A stretch of 64,000 nucleotides of DNA from Candidatus Omnitrophota bacterium (GCA_024231025.1 JAAEQW010000150.1:239-64238); one strand, 5' to 3'. Shown: positions 29,626 through 39,997, numbered from the stretch's first letter. A program made the numbers and translations. Notes: generated by a model from the sequence alone, not told the origin.

Positions 29626-31031
29626 GGAAATTTTTCGCCATCTCTTTAGTGATCATTATTTCTTCACTAGGGGTCTTTGCCGCGGATACAAGAGATTTTC
29701 GAAATTCAATAATCGATGTTGCCGCAAGTGTTGGTGGTACGGTTGTTTCAATCAGCAGCACAGTTAAGGAAAAGGTTGATCCTGGAGTTCATTCGGGATC
29801 TCCTCTTGGAGATTTTAGTGGTGAAGATTTTGGCGGGTTTTTTCAAGAGTTTTTTGGTGAATTTCCCAAAGAGCTTAAGCGCCAAGGTTTGGGCAGCGGG
29901 GTAATAATTGATAAGGATGGATATATCCTTACCAATGAACACGTTGTTTCAGACGCAAGCGAAATAAAGGTAAAGTTGTCGGATGGTCGAGATTATGATG
30001 CTCAAATAAGAGGAACCGACAAACGCAGTGATCTTGCAATAATAAAAATTGATGCAAAAAATCTTCCTGTAGCTAAACTTGGTAATTCAGATAATTTGCA
30101 AATTGGTGAATGGATGGTTGCGATCGGTAATCCTTTTGGATTTGCGATTGAGAGTTCAGAGCCTACGGTTACCGTAGGTGTTGTTAGCGCGCTTGGCAGG
30201 TATATCCCTATGTTAGGGCAGCGAAGCAGAAGTTACGATGATCTTATTCAAACTGACGCGGCAATTAATCCGGGTAATTCAGGAGGCGCGTTAGTTAATC
30301 TTGATAGTGAAATTGTAGGGATCAATACTGCGATTATCACTACAACTGGCGGTTATCAGGGCTTGGGGTTTGCTGTGCCAATAAATAAAGCTAAAAGAAT
30401 ATTGAAGAAGCTAATCAAAGGCGAAAAAATTCAGTATGGCTGGCTTGGCGTAAGCGTGCAAGATCTTAATGAGGATTTGCGTAATTACTTCGGAATTAAA
30501 GAAAAAGAAGGGGTAATTATTGTGAAGGTGTATAAGGATTCTCCCGCTGAAGATGGTAGCCTTAAAGAAGGTGACTTAATTATTAAATTCAGTGGCAAAA
30601 GCGTAAAAACGACAATGGATTTAGTTAGAATGGTTTCTTTTACCGAGGTAGACAAAAAAGTTCCGGTTACAGTTATGCGTGATGGAAAAGAAAAAGTGTT
30701 GAAAATAAAAATTGGTAAACGTCCGGCCGAAGAAGAGGATTTTGCCAAATTGTCCGAACGCGGAGATACCTTTCGCGGTATGGAAGTAGAAAATGTAAGT
30801 GCTGCTATCAAACGTAAATTTCGCATCAAAGACGACAAAGGTGCAGTTATTACCTATGTTAAAGATGGGTCATTGGCCGACAAAAGCGGGATAGAAGCAG
30901 GCGATGTGATAATTAAGGTAGAAAAAACCAAGATTGCTAATAAAGATGATTTTGACTCGGCGGTTTCAAAATTAGAAGGTAATTGCCTTATTAAAACTAC
31001 GCGTGGCTATGTTGTTTTAAAAGGAAAATGA
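29622..31031 (+). CDS. htrA: periplasmic serine endoprotease DegP/HtrA family with two PDZ domains
   Basis: Signal peptide plus the catalytic triad context TNEHV...D...GNSGGAL, followed by two PDZ domains. Confidence 0.8.
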   Translation: MRKFFAISLVIIISSLGVFAADTRDFRNSIIDVAASVGGTVVSISSTVKEKVDPGVHSGSPLGDFSGEDFGGFFQEFFGEFPKELKRQGLGSGVIIDKDGYILTNEHVVSDASEIKVKLSDGRDYDAQIRGTDKRSDLAIIKIDAKNLPVAKLGNSDNLQIGEWMVAIGNPFGFAIESSEPTVTVGVVSALGRYIPMLGQRSRSYDDLIQTDAAINPGNSGGALVNLDSEIVGINTAIITTTGGYQGLGFAVPINKAKRILKKLIKGEKIQYGWLGVSVQDLNEDLRNYFGIKEKEGVIIVKVYKDSPAEDGSLKEGDLIIKFSGKSVKTTMDLVRMVSFTEVDKKVPVTVMRDGKEKVLKIKIGKRPAEEEDFAKLSERGDTFRGMEVENVSAAIKRKFRIKDDKGAVITYVKDGSLADKSGIEAGDVIIKVEKTKIANKDDFDSAVSKLEGNCLIKTTRGYVVLKGK

Positions 31032-31041
31032 TAATTTAAAA

Positions 31042-31512
31042 GTGGAAGATTACAATAAAGCTTGCAACTATTCTTTTCTTCTTTTGAAATATCGGCCAAG
31101 AAGCAAGCACGAACTAATCTTGCGACTAAAAACAAAGCAGTATTCCTCACCGGTTATTAAAAAAACTGTAGAGTTTTTACAAGAATGTAATTATATAAAT
31201 GATTCTGAGTTTGTTCCTCTTTTTGTTAGATCGTCACTGAATAAAGGATGGGGGCGGCGCAGGATTGATTATGCTCTTAAAAAATTGGGTATATCAGCCG
31301 AGCTGGCAGAAAAATTTATGCCGGCTAAAAAGGTTTATAAGGCCAAAATAAGAGAATTGATTAAAAAAAAGGTTCACTATTATAGTGGCAAAAAAAATGT
31401 GTATCAAAAAATAGTGCGTTTTCTTGTATCTCGCGGTTATGATCACGATGAAATTTATGAAGCGATGCAGAAATTAGAGGTAAAGAAATTTGAAAAGTTT
31501 AACAACAAATGA
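31042..31512 (+). CDS. recX: RecA regulator RecX
   Basis: LLLKYRPRSKHELILRL...RFLVSRGY pattern of RecX three-helix repeats. Confidence 0.7.
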   Translation: MEDYNKACNYSFLLLKYRPRSKHELILRLKTKQYSSPVIKKTVEFLQECNYINDSEFVPLFVRSSLNKGWGRRRIDYALKKLGISAELAEKFMPAKKVYKAKIRELIKKKVHYYSGKKNVYQKIVRFLVSRGYDHDEIYEAMQKLEVKKFEKFNNK

Positions 31513-34117
31513 ATTAAGGCGCAAGTATCTGGAATTTTTTCAAAAGATGGGTCACCGTCTTTTTTCTTCAGATACCCTTGTGCCTGACGATCCGACTGTA
31601 TTGTTTACTTCTGCGGGAATGAATCAATTCAAGCCTTATTTTTTAGGCGAAAAAAAAGATACGAAGCGGGCGGTGAGTTGCCAGAAATGTTTTCGTACCG
31701 GTGATTTAGATGAGGTAGGAAACACTCCGTTTCATCATACTTTTTTTGAAATGCTTGGTAATTTTTCTTTCGGTGATTATTTTAAAAAAGAGGCAATTGC
31801 TTTTGCCTGGGAGTTTTTAACGAAAGAACTTGGCATGAAAGAGGATTCTCTTTGGGTGTCGGTGTATAAGGATGACAAAGAAGCGTACGATATTTGGCTA
31901 AAAGACGTAGGTATTTCCAAAGAGAGGATAATTAAATTAGGCGAGAAAGACAACTTTTGGCCAGCTAATGCGCCGGCTCTTGGGCCCAATGGTCCATGCG
32001 GGCCGTGTTCTGAAATCTTTTTTGATCGTGGCACCGAGCAAGGCTGCAAAAAAGAAGATTGCTCTTTGGCATGCGGTTGTGAGCGTTTTGTTGAGGTTTG
32101 GAATTTAGTGTTTACTCAGTTTAATCGTGTTGGCGAAAATGAATTAAAACCTTTACCACAGAAAAATATTGATACCGGCATGGGTTTGGAGCGTATGGCA
32201 GCAGTATTGCAAGGCAAGTACAGTAATTTTGAAATTGATATATTGACTCCGGTAGTTGCAAAAGTGCGTAAAATTTTAAAAGTTAATGGGGCGGATAACT
32301 TAATTAATGCAATTGTTGATCACACTCGGGCTGCTGTTTTTGCGATAAATGATGGAGTGTATCCATCCAATGAAGAACGAGGTTATGTTATCAGAAAAGT
32401 TATTAGAAAAGCAGCATATAGTGCTCATCTTTTGGGGAGGAAGGAGGCGTTTTCCCATCAACTGGTTGATGATTTTGCGCAATTAATGCAGGATCCTTAT
32501 CCAGAGTTGAAAGAGAAGGCGTCAATTATCGCAAAGGTTATAAAGGCCGAAGAGGAAAAGTTTCTTTCGACTCTGCAGGATGGCGAAGCGCAATTTTCTG
32601 TTATTGCTGAAAATTTAAAAAAAGATGATACAGTCAGCGCAGAAGATTTATTTAAACTTTACGACACCTATGGGTTTCCACTTGAGTTAAGCAAAGAGCT
32701 GGCAAAAAAATATAACCTAACCCTAGACGAAAGTGGTTTCGATAGGTTATTAAAGCAACAGCAGCAGCGGTCGCGTAAAAAAAGCCAATTTTCTGAGTCA
32801 GTATTTGTTGTTGATTGCGAAAGCGAAAAAGCGATTAAAGAAAAAATTACCGAATTTGTTGGCTACGATACTTTCACATGTAAAAGCGCAATTGTCTTGC
32901 TTCGCCAAGATGATCAAAATGTTAAGCAGCTGAAAGAAGAAGATAAGGGTATGATTATTTTGCAATCTACCCCTTTTTATGCCGAAAGTGGCGGGCAGCT
33001 TTCTGATCAGGGCGTTATTAAAGGTGCGAGTGGTGAGTTTGTTGTTGAGTGTGTTGTAAAAATGGGCGAGGCGATTATTCATGTTGGAAAAGTCACACAA
33101 GGCCAAATTAATAGTGGCGAGGAAGTAGAGGTGAGAGTTCGCGACTCACGCAGGCGTGCACTAGCCCGTGCCCACACCGCAACGCATATTATGCAAGCTG
33201 CTTTACGCGTAATTTTAGGCAGTCATGTTGTGCAGCAGGGTTCATTGGTTGATGAGGATCGCTTGCGTTTTGATTTTACTCATTTTCAGGCGCTAACCAA
33301 AGACGAACTCAAAAAAATAGAACACTTAGTTAACGAATATGTATTGGATGGCATGCAAGTTAGCAAACGCTTGATGACTCTAGATGAAGCGAAGAAAGAA
33401 GGCGCTTTAGCTTTCTTTAAGGATAAATACCAGGATACGGTACGAATGGTATCGGTTGGTGAAGTTAGTTGTGAGCTATGTGGTGGAACGCATATTGATA
33501 ATAGTTCAGAAATCGGCTTGTTTCTTGTTGAAAGTGAATCGTCAATAAGTAGTGGCGTTAGAAGAATTGAGGCTGTAGTGGGAAAAAAGGCTTATAATCT
33601 TTTAACCCAGATTAAAGAGGGCATAAATGTATCAGCCGCCATGTTAAAATGCGATTATAGCGATTTGCCTGGCGCGATAGATAATCTTCGCCAAGACATT
33701 AAGAAAAAATCCGACACTATTAATTCTCTAAAAAAGAATCAGGCGTTGGGGCAGGTCGACGACATCTTAAAACATAAAAAAGATGTTTGCACAGTGCCAA
33801 CGTTAATTTATCGGATGGATGGTGCGGAGAAAGAGGATCTTCTTTGTGTTTGCGATGCGTTGCGTAAAAAAGGGACGCTATTTATTTTTATGGTTGCATC
33901 AACAAATGGCAAAAATACTTTTTTGTGTACAGCTACCGAAGATTTAATTAAGAAAAAAGTTAGTTGCAAAAAGTTTGTCACAAAACACGGGGAAGCATTA
34001 ACGTTAAAGGGTGGAGGACGCGATCATTTGGTAGGGGGCGTTGTCGGTTGCATGGGTGATGATTTTTTGATAAAAGTAGATAAAGAAATTAAGGAATTTT
34101 TAAAAATATGCGCGTAG
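31490..34117 (+). CDS. alaS: alanine--tRNA ligase
   Basis: FTSAGMNQFK and WNLVFTQFNR class II motifs; 875 aa. Confidence 0.9.
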   Translation: MKSLTTNELRRKYLEFFQKMGHRLFSSDTLVPDDPTVLFTSAGMNQFKPYFLGEKKDTKRAVSCQKCFRTGDLDEVGNTPFHHTFFEMLGNFSFGDYFKKEAIAFAWEFLTKELGMKEDSLWVSVYKDDKEAYDIWLKDVGISKERIIKLGEKDNFWPANAPALGPNGPCGPCSEIFFDRGTEQGCKKEDCSLACGCERFVEVWNLVFTQFNRVGENELKPLPQKNIDTGMGLERMAAVLQGKYSNFEIDILTPVVAKVRKILKVNGADNLINAIVDHTRAAVFAINDGVYPSNEERGYVIRKVIRKAAYSAHLLGRKEAFSHQLVDDFAQLMQDPYPELKEKASIIAKVIKAEEEKFLSTLQDGEAQFSVIAENLKKDDTVSAEDLFKLYDTYGFPLELSKELAKKYNLTLDESGFDRLLKQQQQRSRKKSQFSESVFVVDCESEKAIKEKITEFVGYDTFTCKSAIVLLRQDDQNVKQLKEEDKGMIILQSTPFYAESGGQLSDQGVIKGASGEFVVECVVKMGEAIIHVGKVTQGQINSGEEVEVRVRDSRRRALARAHTATHIMQAALRVILGSHVVQQGSLVDEDRLRFDFTHFQALTKDELKKIEHLVNEYVLDGMQVSKRLMTLDEAKKEGALAFFKDKYQDTVRMVSVGEVSCELCGGTHIDNSSEIGLFLVESESSISSGVRRIEAVVGKKAYNLLTQIKEGINVSAAMLKCDYSDLPGAIDNLRQDIKKKSDTINSLKKNQALGQVDDILKHKKDVCTVPTLIYRMDGAEKEDLLCVCDALRKKGTLFIFMVASTNGKNTFLCTATEDLIKKKVSCKKFVTKHGEALTLKGGGRDHLVGGVVGCMGDDFLIKVDKEIKEFLKICA

Positions 34118-35325
34118 TAAGAAATGTAAATAGCTTGGAGAAGCTTCTCCTAAAACGGCGGGTTCGTAAGAACAAAATTGATGAACGGGTAAGCAAAATT
34201 ATTAAAGGGGTTGCCCAACGTGGAGACGATGCCCTAGTTGAATATACAAAAAAATTCGATAAAGTTAAAATTTCAAATAAAGAGTTACGTGTTACCGAAA
34301 GCGAAATAAGCGCAGCTTTTAATGAACTGGATTCTTCGCTGGTTAAAACCTTTAAAGTAGCAATCGACAATGTAAGTCGTTTCTATAAGCATCAAATTCC
34401 AAAAGCAGTTAGAATAAAAGACCCCAATGGTAAAACCACACTTACTCGCTATATTCCTTTAAACAGGGTTGGTGTTTATGTTCCAGCGGGAACCGCGCCT
34501 CTTGTTTCATCGGTGTATATGGCAGTGATTCCAGCTTTAGTGGCCGGAGTGAAGGAAATAGTCCTAGCGACTCCGCCAAGGGCAGATAAATGCGTTAATC
34601 CTTTTATTCTAGCGGTTGCGTCACTTCTTAAGATAAAAAAAATATACCGTATTGGAGGTGCTCAAGCTATTGCAGCGATGAGTTTGGGAACAAAAACTGT
34701 TGAGCGAGTCGATAAGATAGTTGGCCCAGGTAATGAGTTTGTAACTGAAGCGAAGCGTCAGGTTTTTGGTAAAGTTGACATTGATATGTTGGCCGGGCCA
34801 AGCGAAGTTGTGATTATTGCTTCAAAAGATGCTAATCCCGAACATATCATTGCCGATGTAGAGGCGCAAATGGAACACCATAATGGGATTGGGATCCTTG
34901 TTACTAATTCGCGTAAAATTATTCGTGAAGTAAGGAAAAGAAAAGTTGCCGGTTTTGCTTTGCGTGTTAGAAATTTAGATGAAGCCTGTTCTGTGGCAAA
35001 TAGAATTGCGCCGGAACACTTAGAGATTCTAACAAAGAAGCCGGCTGCGCTTTTAAAGAAAATTACAAATGCCGGTGCAATATTCTTAGGCGAAAACACT
35101 CCAGTTGCATTGGGCGACTATACTGCCGGACCAAGTCACGTTCTTCCAACTGGGGGTAGTGCTAGATTTTTTTCGTCGCTTTCAACTCGAGAATTTTTAA
35201 AAGAAGTGCATGTAATAAACTATACAAAACGGGCTTTGCAAGAAGAAGCCGAAGTTCTAGAGAAGATTGCGTCATTAGAGGGAATGAATAAACATATTGA
35301 AAGTGTAAAAAAGAGACTTATCTAA
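34108..35325 (+). CDS. hisD: histidinol dehydrogenase
   Basis: HisD-like 405 aa with an IVGPGNEFV motif. Confidence 0.8.
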   Translation: MRVVRNVNSLEKLLLKRRVRKNKIDERVSKIIKGVAQRGDDALVEYTKKFDKVKISNKELRVTESEISAAFNELDSSLVKTFKVAIDNVSRFYKHQIPKAVRIKDPNGKTTLTRYIPLNRVGVYVPAGTAPLVSSVYMAVIPALVAGVKEIVLATPPRADKCVNPFILAVASLLKIKKIYRIGGAQAIAAMSLGTKTVERVDKIVGPGNEFVTEAKRQVFGKVDIDMLAGPSEVVIIASKDANPEHIIADVEAQMEHHNGIGILVTNSRKIIREVRKRKVAGFALRVRNLDEACSVANRIAPEHLEILTKKPAALLKKITNAGAIFLGENTPVALGDYTAGPSHVLPTGGSARFFSSLSTREFLKEVHVINYTKRALQEEAEVLEKIASLEGMNKHIESVKKRLI

Positions 35326-35340
35326 CAATTGCATGTTGTT

Positions 35341-35368
35341 GTAGGGGCCGGTCGTGACCGGCCCTTTA
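35341..35368. repeat. REP-like hairpin (GTAGGGGCCGGTC-GT-GACCGGCCCTTTA), perfect 9-bp stem
   Basis: Lies between hisD and hisB. Same family as 27039, 50810 and 50982. Confidence 0.6.
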
Positions 35369-35395
35369 CAAAATATAAAATTTCAAAAAGGAGAA

Positions 35396-36016
35396 ATGAT
35401 GAGAAAGGCGCAAATAAAGAGAAAGACAAACGAGGTCGACATTAATGGTGCATTTGTAATTGATGGCAGCGGACAAACTAGTGTTAAAACGGGTTTTGAG
35501 CCGCTTAATCACCTGCTTACTCTTTTTGCTTTTCATGGTCTTTTTGATCTAAACCTTGATGCAACAGGGGATCTCCCCCATCATATTATCGAAGATGTCG
35601 GTATTGCTTTAGGCAAGGCTTTTAAGGAGGCTTTGGGCGACAAAGCGGGTATTAATCGTTATGGTTCATTTTCAGCAACAATGGATGAGGTTGTGGTTGA
35701 GGCAAATATTGATATTAGCGGTCGGCCAAAATTAACTTGTAATATTATTGCAGAGAATAAAGATGAGATTGAAAATGTTCTTAATAATGGTAAGTTTGAT
35801 GACACATCTTTTACCCATAAGGACGCGGGTGAATTTCTAAACGCATTTATTCAGCATGCTGGCTTAAGCCTTGTGGCTATAATCAAATCTGGTCCGGAGG
35901 ATTTACACCATCTGCTTGAGGCATTATTTAAGGCAATGGGCAAAGCGCTTGATCAAGCTACACAAATTGATCCTCGGCGCAATGGTGTTCCTTCAACAAA
36001 AGGAATCATTGATTAG
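35396..36016 (+). CDS. hisB: imidazoleglycerol-phosphate dehydratase
   Basis: RKTNEVDI N-terminal motif; ATG after AAGGAG. Confidence 0.8.
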   Translation: MMRKAQIKRKTNEVDINGAFVIDGSGQTSVKTGFEPLNHLLTLFAFHGLFDLNLDATGDLPHHIIEDVGIALGKAFKEALGDKAGINRYGSFSATMDEVVVEANIDISGRPKLTCNIIAENKDEIENVLNNGKFDDTSFTHKDAGEFLNAFIQHAGLSLVAIIKSGPEDLHHLLEALFKAMGKALDQATQIDPRRNGVPSTKGIID

Positions 36017-36188
36017 CGGTAAGTCGTAAGTATTAAGTACGAATCAAGGAGAGATTTGGAATTGATAAATTTAAAAAATTGAATAATGATTATGATGAAA
36101 TTGGGAAAATCTTAAATGGGTTGTATAAGAAGCTTAATTCTTAATCCTTATAACTTATGATTTATAACTTACTACTTATGACTGACTC

Positions 36189-36803
36189 ATGACTATCATA
36201 GTTGACTACGGAATGGGTAATTTGCGCAGTGTTGCAAAGGCGGCTGAGCATCTTGGTAAGGGAGTGCGTATCTCTGATAAGGCGTCAATTATTGATAAAG
36301 CAACAAAGATAGTTTTTCCTGGAGTAGGGCATTTTGCCGGGGCAGTAAAAGAGTTAAAGAAGAGAAAGCTTATTCCTGTTTTAAAGAAAAAAATTAAAGA
36401 CGGAATTCCGTTTCTTGGGATATGTGTGGGGATGCAGTTATTGTTTGAGAGTAGCGAAGAGGCTCCGGGTGTTAAGGGCCTTGGGGTTGTTGAAGGCGTT
36501 GTAAAAAAATTTAAAAACACCAAATTAATTGTTCCGCATATGGGTTGGAACCAGGTACAGACCAGAGACCAGAGACCAGAGACCAGAGACATTTTTGATG
36601 GGGTGGATGATGGGAGTTATTTTTATTTTGCTCACTCATACTACTGTAAACCAAAGAAAAATAAAACAATTTTAACCACAACTAATTACGGAATAAACTT
36701 TGCGTCATCTTTACGTCAAGATAATGTGTGGGGAGTGCAGTTTCACCCTGAGAAGAGCCAGAAATTAGGATTAAAAGTATTCAATAATTTTCTAAATTTA
36801 TGA
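36189..36803 (+). CDS. hisH: imidazole glycerol phosphate synthase, glutamine amidotransferase subunit
   Basis: IVDYGMGNLRSV and the catalytic GICVGMQLL motif. An in-frame (ACCAGAG)4 microsatellite encodes TRDQRPETRD. Confidence 0.8.
   Translation: MTIIVDYGMGNLRSVAKAAEHLGKGVRISDKASIIDKATKIVFPGVGHFAGAVKELKKRKLIPVLKKKIKDGIPFLGICVGMQLLFESSEEAPGVKGLGVVEGVVKKFKNTKLIVPHMGWNQVQTRDQRPETRDIFDGVDDGSYFYFAHSYYCKPKKNKTILTTTNYGINFASSLRQDNVWGVQFHPEKSQKLGLKVFNNFLNL
36558..36590. repeat. (ACCAGAG)n heptamer tandem repeat, ~4.5 units, inside the hisH coding sequence
   Basis: accagagaccagagaccagagaccagagac. It is the reverse complement of the GGTCTCT heptamers at 9851, 9916, 27103 and 36850. Confidence 0.85.
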
Positions 36804-36888
36804 TTATGATGTTCGATCCGAAATATATAATTGAAAAAAAATTGATTATGGGTCTATGGTCTGTGGCCTATAGTCTGTGGTCTAACTC

Positions 36889-37605
36889 ATGAAGTTAATA
36901 CCTGCAATTGATTTATGGGATGCCAAGGCGGTAAGGTTTTTACGCGGTGATCCCTTCATGTCAAAGGTTTACAGCGACAACCCAGTTGAGGTTGCTAAGC
37001 GTTGGGAGGCAGAAGGCGCAAAGATTTTGCATGTCGTTGATTTATCGGCAGCGCTGGATCAAGGAGACAATTCTTCTTTAGTTGAGGAAATAATAAAGAC
37101 AGTAAATATTCCAGTTGAGATTGGTGGTGGAATACGGACAATTGAAAGGGCAAAAGAGTTAATTGATATCGGGGCCGAGAGGATCATTGTTGGCACCAAA
37201 AGCGTGGAAGAAGAGTTTTTAGATGAACTGATTGCAACAGTTGGAGCCGATAAATTAGCAATCGGGGTAGATGTAATAAACTCAGTTGTAGCAGTTGAAG
37301 GGTGGAAATTAAAGACAACAATCAAGGGCGATCAATTTATTCCTTATCTGCAGAAAAAGGGGATAAAGTGGATAATTTATACCGATATTTCTCGTGATGG
37401 CACCCTAAAAGGGCCAAATATCGGTGGAATTCAGACATTTTCAGAACTTTCCGGGGTAAACTTTATTGCTTCGGGAGGAGTATCTTGTCTTGATGATTTA
37501 AGGGCTTTAAAGGATCAAGCGCCCTTTATTTGGGGGGTTATTACTGGCAAGGCTCTCTATGAGGAAACCTTTACTTTGAGCGAGGCCAACGCGATTTTTG
37601 AATAA
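36889..37605 (+). CDS. hisA: 1-(5-phosphoribosyl)-5-[(5-phosphoribosylamino)methylideneamino]imidazole-4-carboxamide isomerase
   Basis: MKLIPAIDLWDAKAVR N-terminus of a HisA/HisF TIM barrel. Confidence 0.8.
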   Translation: MKLIPAIDLWDAKAVRFLRGDPFMSKVYSDNPVEVAKRWEAEGAKILHVVDLSAALDQGDNSSLVEEIIKTVNIPVEIGGGIRTIERAKELIDIGAERIIVGTKSVEEEFLDELIATVGADKLAIGVDVINSVVAVEGWKLKTTIKGDQFIPYLQKKGIKWIIYTDISRDGTLKGPNIGGIQTFSELSGVNFIASGGVSCLDDLRALKDQAPFIWGVITGKALYEETFTLSEANAIFE

Positions 37606-37625
37606 TAAAAAAAATTCTAAAAATA

Positions 37626-37653
37626 TTGACAATTCTCTAGAATATGGTATAAA
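37626..37653 (+). promoter_or_regulatory. sigma70 promoter for rplM-rpsI (TTGACA - 16 bp - TGgTATAAA)
   Basis: Consensus -35 and an extended -10. The leader contains a GTCCC...GGGAC hairpin. Confidence 0.55.
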
Positions 37654-37710
37654 AGATACTTACTTGTCCCATTAACCTTATTTTACGGGACGATAAAGGA
37701 GATTCGTAGG

Positions 37711-38145
37711 ATGAAGAAGACAAAGTTTTTCAATAAAGAAGAAAGAAAGTGGGTGCTCATCGACGCGAAAGATAAAGTGCTAGGCAGGCTTGCTGTGCGT
37801 ATCGCAATGATTTTGATGGGTAAGACCAAAGCGACTTATTCGCCTAATTTTCTTTGTGGCGATCAGGTAGTTGTTATTAACGTAAAAGATATAGTTGTTA
37901 CTGGAAACAAAGAGAGCGATAAAATTTACGATAAATACACCGGTTTCCAAAGCGGACGAAAAGAGATTACTTATAAGGAGCTAAAAGAGAAAAATCCTTC
38001 AAAGATTCTTTATTACGCAGTTAAGGGAATGTTGCCGAAAAATTGGCTAGGTAAAAGAATGATTCGTTCCTTAAAAATTTACCCGGATAATCAACACGCG
38101 CATCAGGCGCAACAACCACAAACAATAGAGGTTCTTAATGGTTAA
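37711..38145 (+). CDS. rplM: 50S ribosomal protein L13
   Basis: ERKWVLIDAKDKVLGRLA N-terminus. Confidence 0.9.
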   Translation: MKKTKFFNKEERKWVLIDAKDKVLGRLAVRIAMILMGKTKATYSPNFLCGDQVVVINVKDIVVTGNKESDKIYDKYTGFQSGRKEITYKELKEKNPSKILYYAVKGMLPKNWLGKRMIRSLKIYPDNQHAHQAQQPQTIEVLNG

Positions 38146-38542
38146 AAGTGATAAAGATTTATTTATGGCTACAGGAAGAAGAAAGACGTCTATCGCCAGA
38201 GTAAGAGTAAATACCAGTGGCAAAGGAAATATCAGAGTTAACGGAAGAGAGCTTGGGGGTTATTTTTTTACCGTTGATCAACGTACCCAGGTTACTAAAG
38301 TTATGACTGTTGTTGATTTAGAAGGCAAAGTTGATGTTGCTGCCAATGTATGTGGAGGGGGATTAAGTGGCCAAGCCGGTGCCGTCAGTTTAGGTGTGGC
38401 AAGATGTTTGGTTGAATGGAACCCCGAATTTAGAGCCGTCTTCAGAAAAGAGGGCTTACTTACCCGCGATCCTCGCGCCAAAGAACGAAAAAAATACGGA
38501 CGCAAAGGCGCTCGCAAACGATTCCAGTGGACCAAACGTTAA
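38138..38542 (+). CDS. rpsI: 30S ribosomal protein S9
   Basis: GRRKTSIARVRV motif and a basic C-terminus. Confidence 0.85.
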   Translation: MVKSDKDLFMATGRRKTSIARVRVNTSGKGNIRVNGRELGGYFFTVDQRTQVTKVMTVVDLEGKVDVAANVCGGGLSGQAGAVSLGVARCLVEWNPEFRAVFRKEGLLTRDPRAKERKKYGRKGARKRFQWTKR

Positions 38543-38636
38543 TTTTGGTTCTTCTATAATTTACTAAAATTTTTTAGTTTATGTGTGTGCTCAAACTTCT
38601 TGACAATCAAAGTTTGATGAGTTAATGTAATTTACC

Positions 38637-39821
38637 ATGTTTACCAATATTGAAGACATTATCAGTGATTTCAAGCAGGGAAGGCCGGTTATTGTTGTTG
38701 ATGACGAAGGCCGTGAAAATGAAGGCGATTTGGTTGTCGCTGCTCAATTTGCTACTCCAGAAGTAATTAATTTTATGATCAAAGAGGCACGAGGGCTAGT
38801 TTGCGTACCTCTTAGGAGTGAGCGTATTCGTCAACTTGATTTGGGTCCGATGCATCAACACAACCAGGATCCGTTTAAAACTGCTTGGCGAATATCAGTC
38901 GATGGAGCGAGCGGCATAACTACTGGAATTTCCGCGTTTGATCGAGCACGAACAATCCAAATTTTAATTGATCCTCAAAGCAGTCCGACAGATTTAAGCA
39001 GACCAGGGCACTCATTTCCTTTAGAGGCTAAGGATGGCGGAGTATTGGTGCGTGCCGGTCACACTGAGTCGGCGGTTGATTTGGCCAAGTTGGCTGGCTT
39101 AAACCCATCCGGTGTTATCTGTGAAATAATTAAGGAAGATGGATCAATGGCCAGGCTTGTTGATCTAATTGAATTTTCTAAAAAACATAATTTAAAAATT
39201 TGCACAATTGCTTCGTTAATTGAATATAGAAGAAAGAAAGAAAAATTGATAAATCTTATTGAAAAAGTTAAACTCCCATCAAAGCATGGGGAGTTTGATC
39301 TTTATCTGTATGAATCAGTGCTAGATGGCAGCGAACATATTGCTTTGGTGAGCGGAAAGATTAACGATGAACCAATTTTTGTAAGAGTGCATTCCGAATG
39401 TCTTACCGGTGATGTGTTTTCTTCTCGTCGTTGTGATTGTGGATCGCAGCTTGAAAATGCGATGGAAACGATCGGAAAAAATGGCGGTGCGCTTCTTTAT
39501 ATGCGTCAGGAAGGAAGAGGAATTGGGCTTAAAAATAAAATGAGGGCCTATTCTTTGCAGGAGAAAGGTGCCGATACAGTTGAGGCGAACGAAATGCTTG
39601 GATTTGCGCCGGATTTACGTGATTACGGTATTGGCGCGCAGATGCTAGTTGATTTAGGCGTAAAAAAAATAAAGTTACTTACCAACAATCCTAAGAAGAT
39701 TATTGGACTTGAAGGGTATGGACTTGAAATTACAGAGCGCATTCCGGTTAAAATAAAAGCATGTGACAGCAATCGTCGCTATCTCGAAACAAAAAAAGAT
39801 AAAATGAATCATATGCTATGA
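38637..39821 (+). CDS. ribBA: bifunctional 3,4-dihydroxy-2-butanone-4-phosphate synthase / GTP cyclohydrolase II
   Basis: DDEGRENEGDL (RibB) and CDCGSQ...RQEGRGIG (RibA) motifs. Confidence 0.85.
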   Translation: MFTNIEDIISDFKQGRPVIVVDDEGRENEGDLVVAAQFATPEVINFMIKEARGLVCVPLRSERIRQLDLGPMHQHNQDPFKTAWRISVDGASGITTGISAFDRARTIQILIDPQSSPTDLSRPGHSFPLEAKDGGVLVRAGHTESAVDLAKLAGLNPSGVICEIIKEDGSMARLVDLIEFSKKHNLKICTIASLIEYRRKKEKLINLIEKVKLPSKHGEFDLYLYESVLDGSEHIALVSGKINDEPIFVRVHSECLTGDVFSSRRCDCGSQLENAMETIGKNGGALLYMRQEGRGIGLKNKMRAYSLQEKGADTVEANEMLGFAPDLRDYGIGAQMLVDLGVKKIKLLTNNPKKIIGLEGYGLEITERIPVKIKACDSNRRYLETKKDKMNHML

Positions 39822-39997
39822 AATATAAATTTGCAGTACAAGAAATAACCAATAAACAAGATGCAAGAAACAAACAAATCTCAATATTCAATACCCAATA
39901 ACCAATAAATTTGGTTATTTGAGCTTGGTTATTGATTATTATTTGGTTATTGTAACTTGTTTCTTGTTTCTTTAACGAAATGCATACAGGAGGTATT

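Noticed and set aside
36017-36188. 172-bp hisB-hisH spacer and 22019-22141 hisC-DAHP synthase spacer checked for small genes or leader peptides
   Set aside because: All frames are interrupted by stops within ten codons or fewer. Only low-complexity ATAACTTA / GTAAGT-type repeats and AT-rich sequence are present.
34108-37605. Absence of hisF, hisG and hisI from the his cluster considered as a finding
   Set aside because: The his genes here (hisD, hisB, hisH, hisA) are interleaved with other operons. The missing genes may simply lie elsewhere in the genome, which cannot be assessed from one window.
38543-38636. FMN riboswitch expected upstream of the rib cluster (ribBA)
   Set aside because: The leader between the TTGACA-17-TAATGT promoter and the ATG is only ~30 nt. 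No RFN-like conserved stems are visible. Leaders upstream of ribH and ribD are likewise too short or lack the motif.
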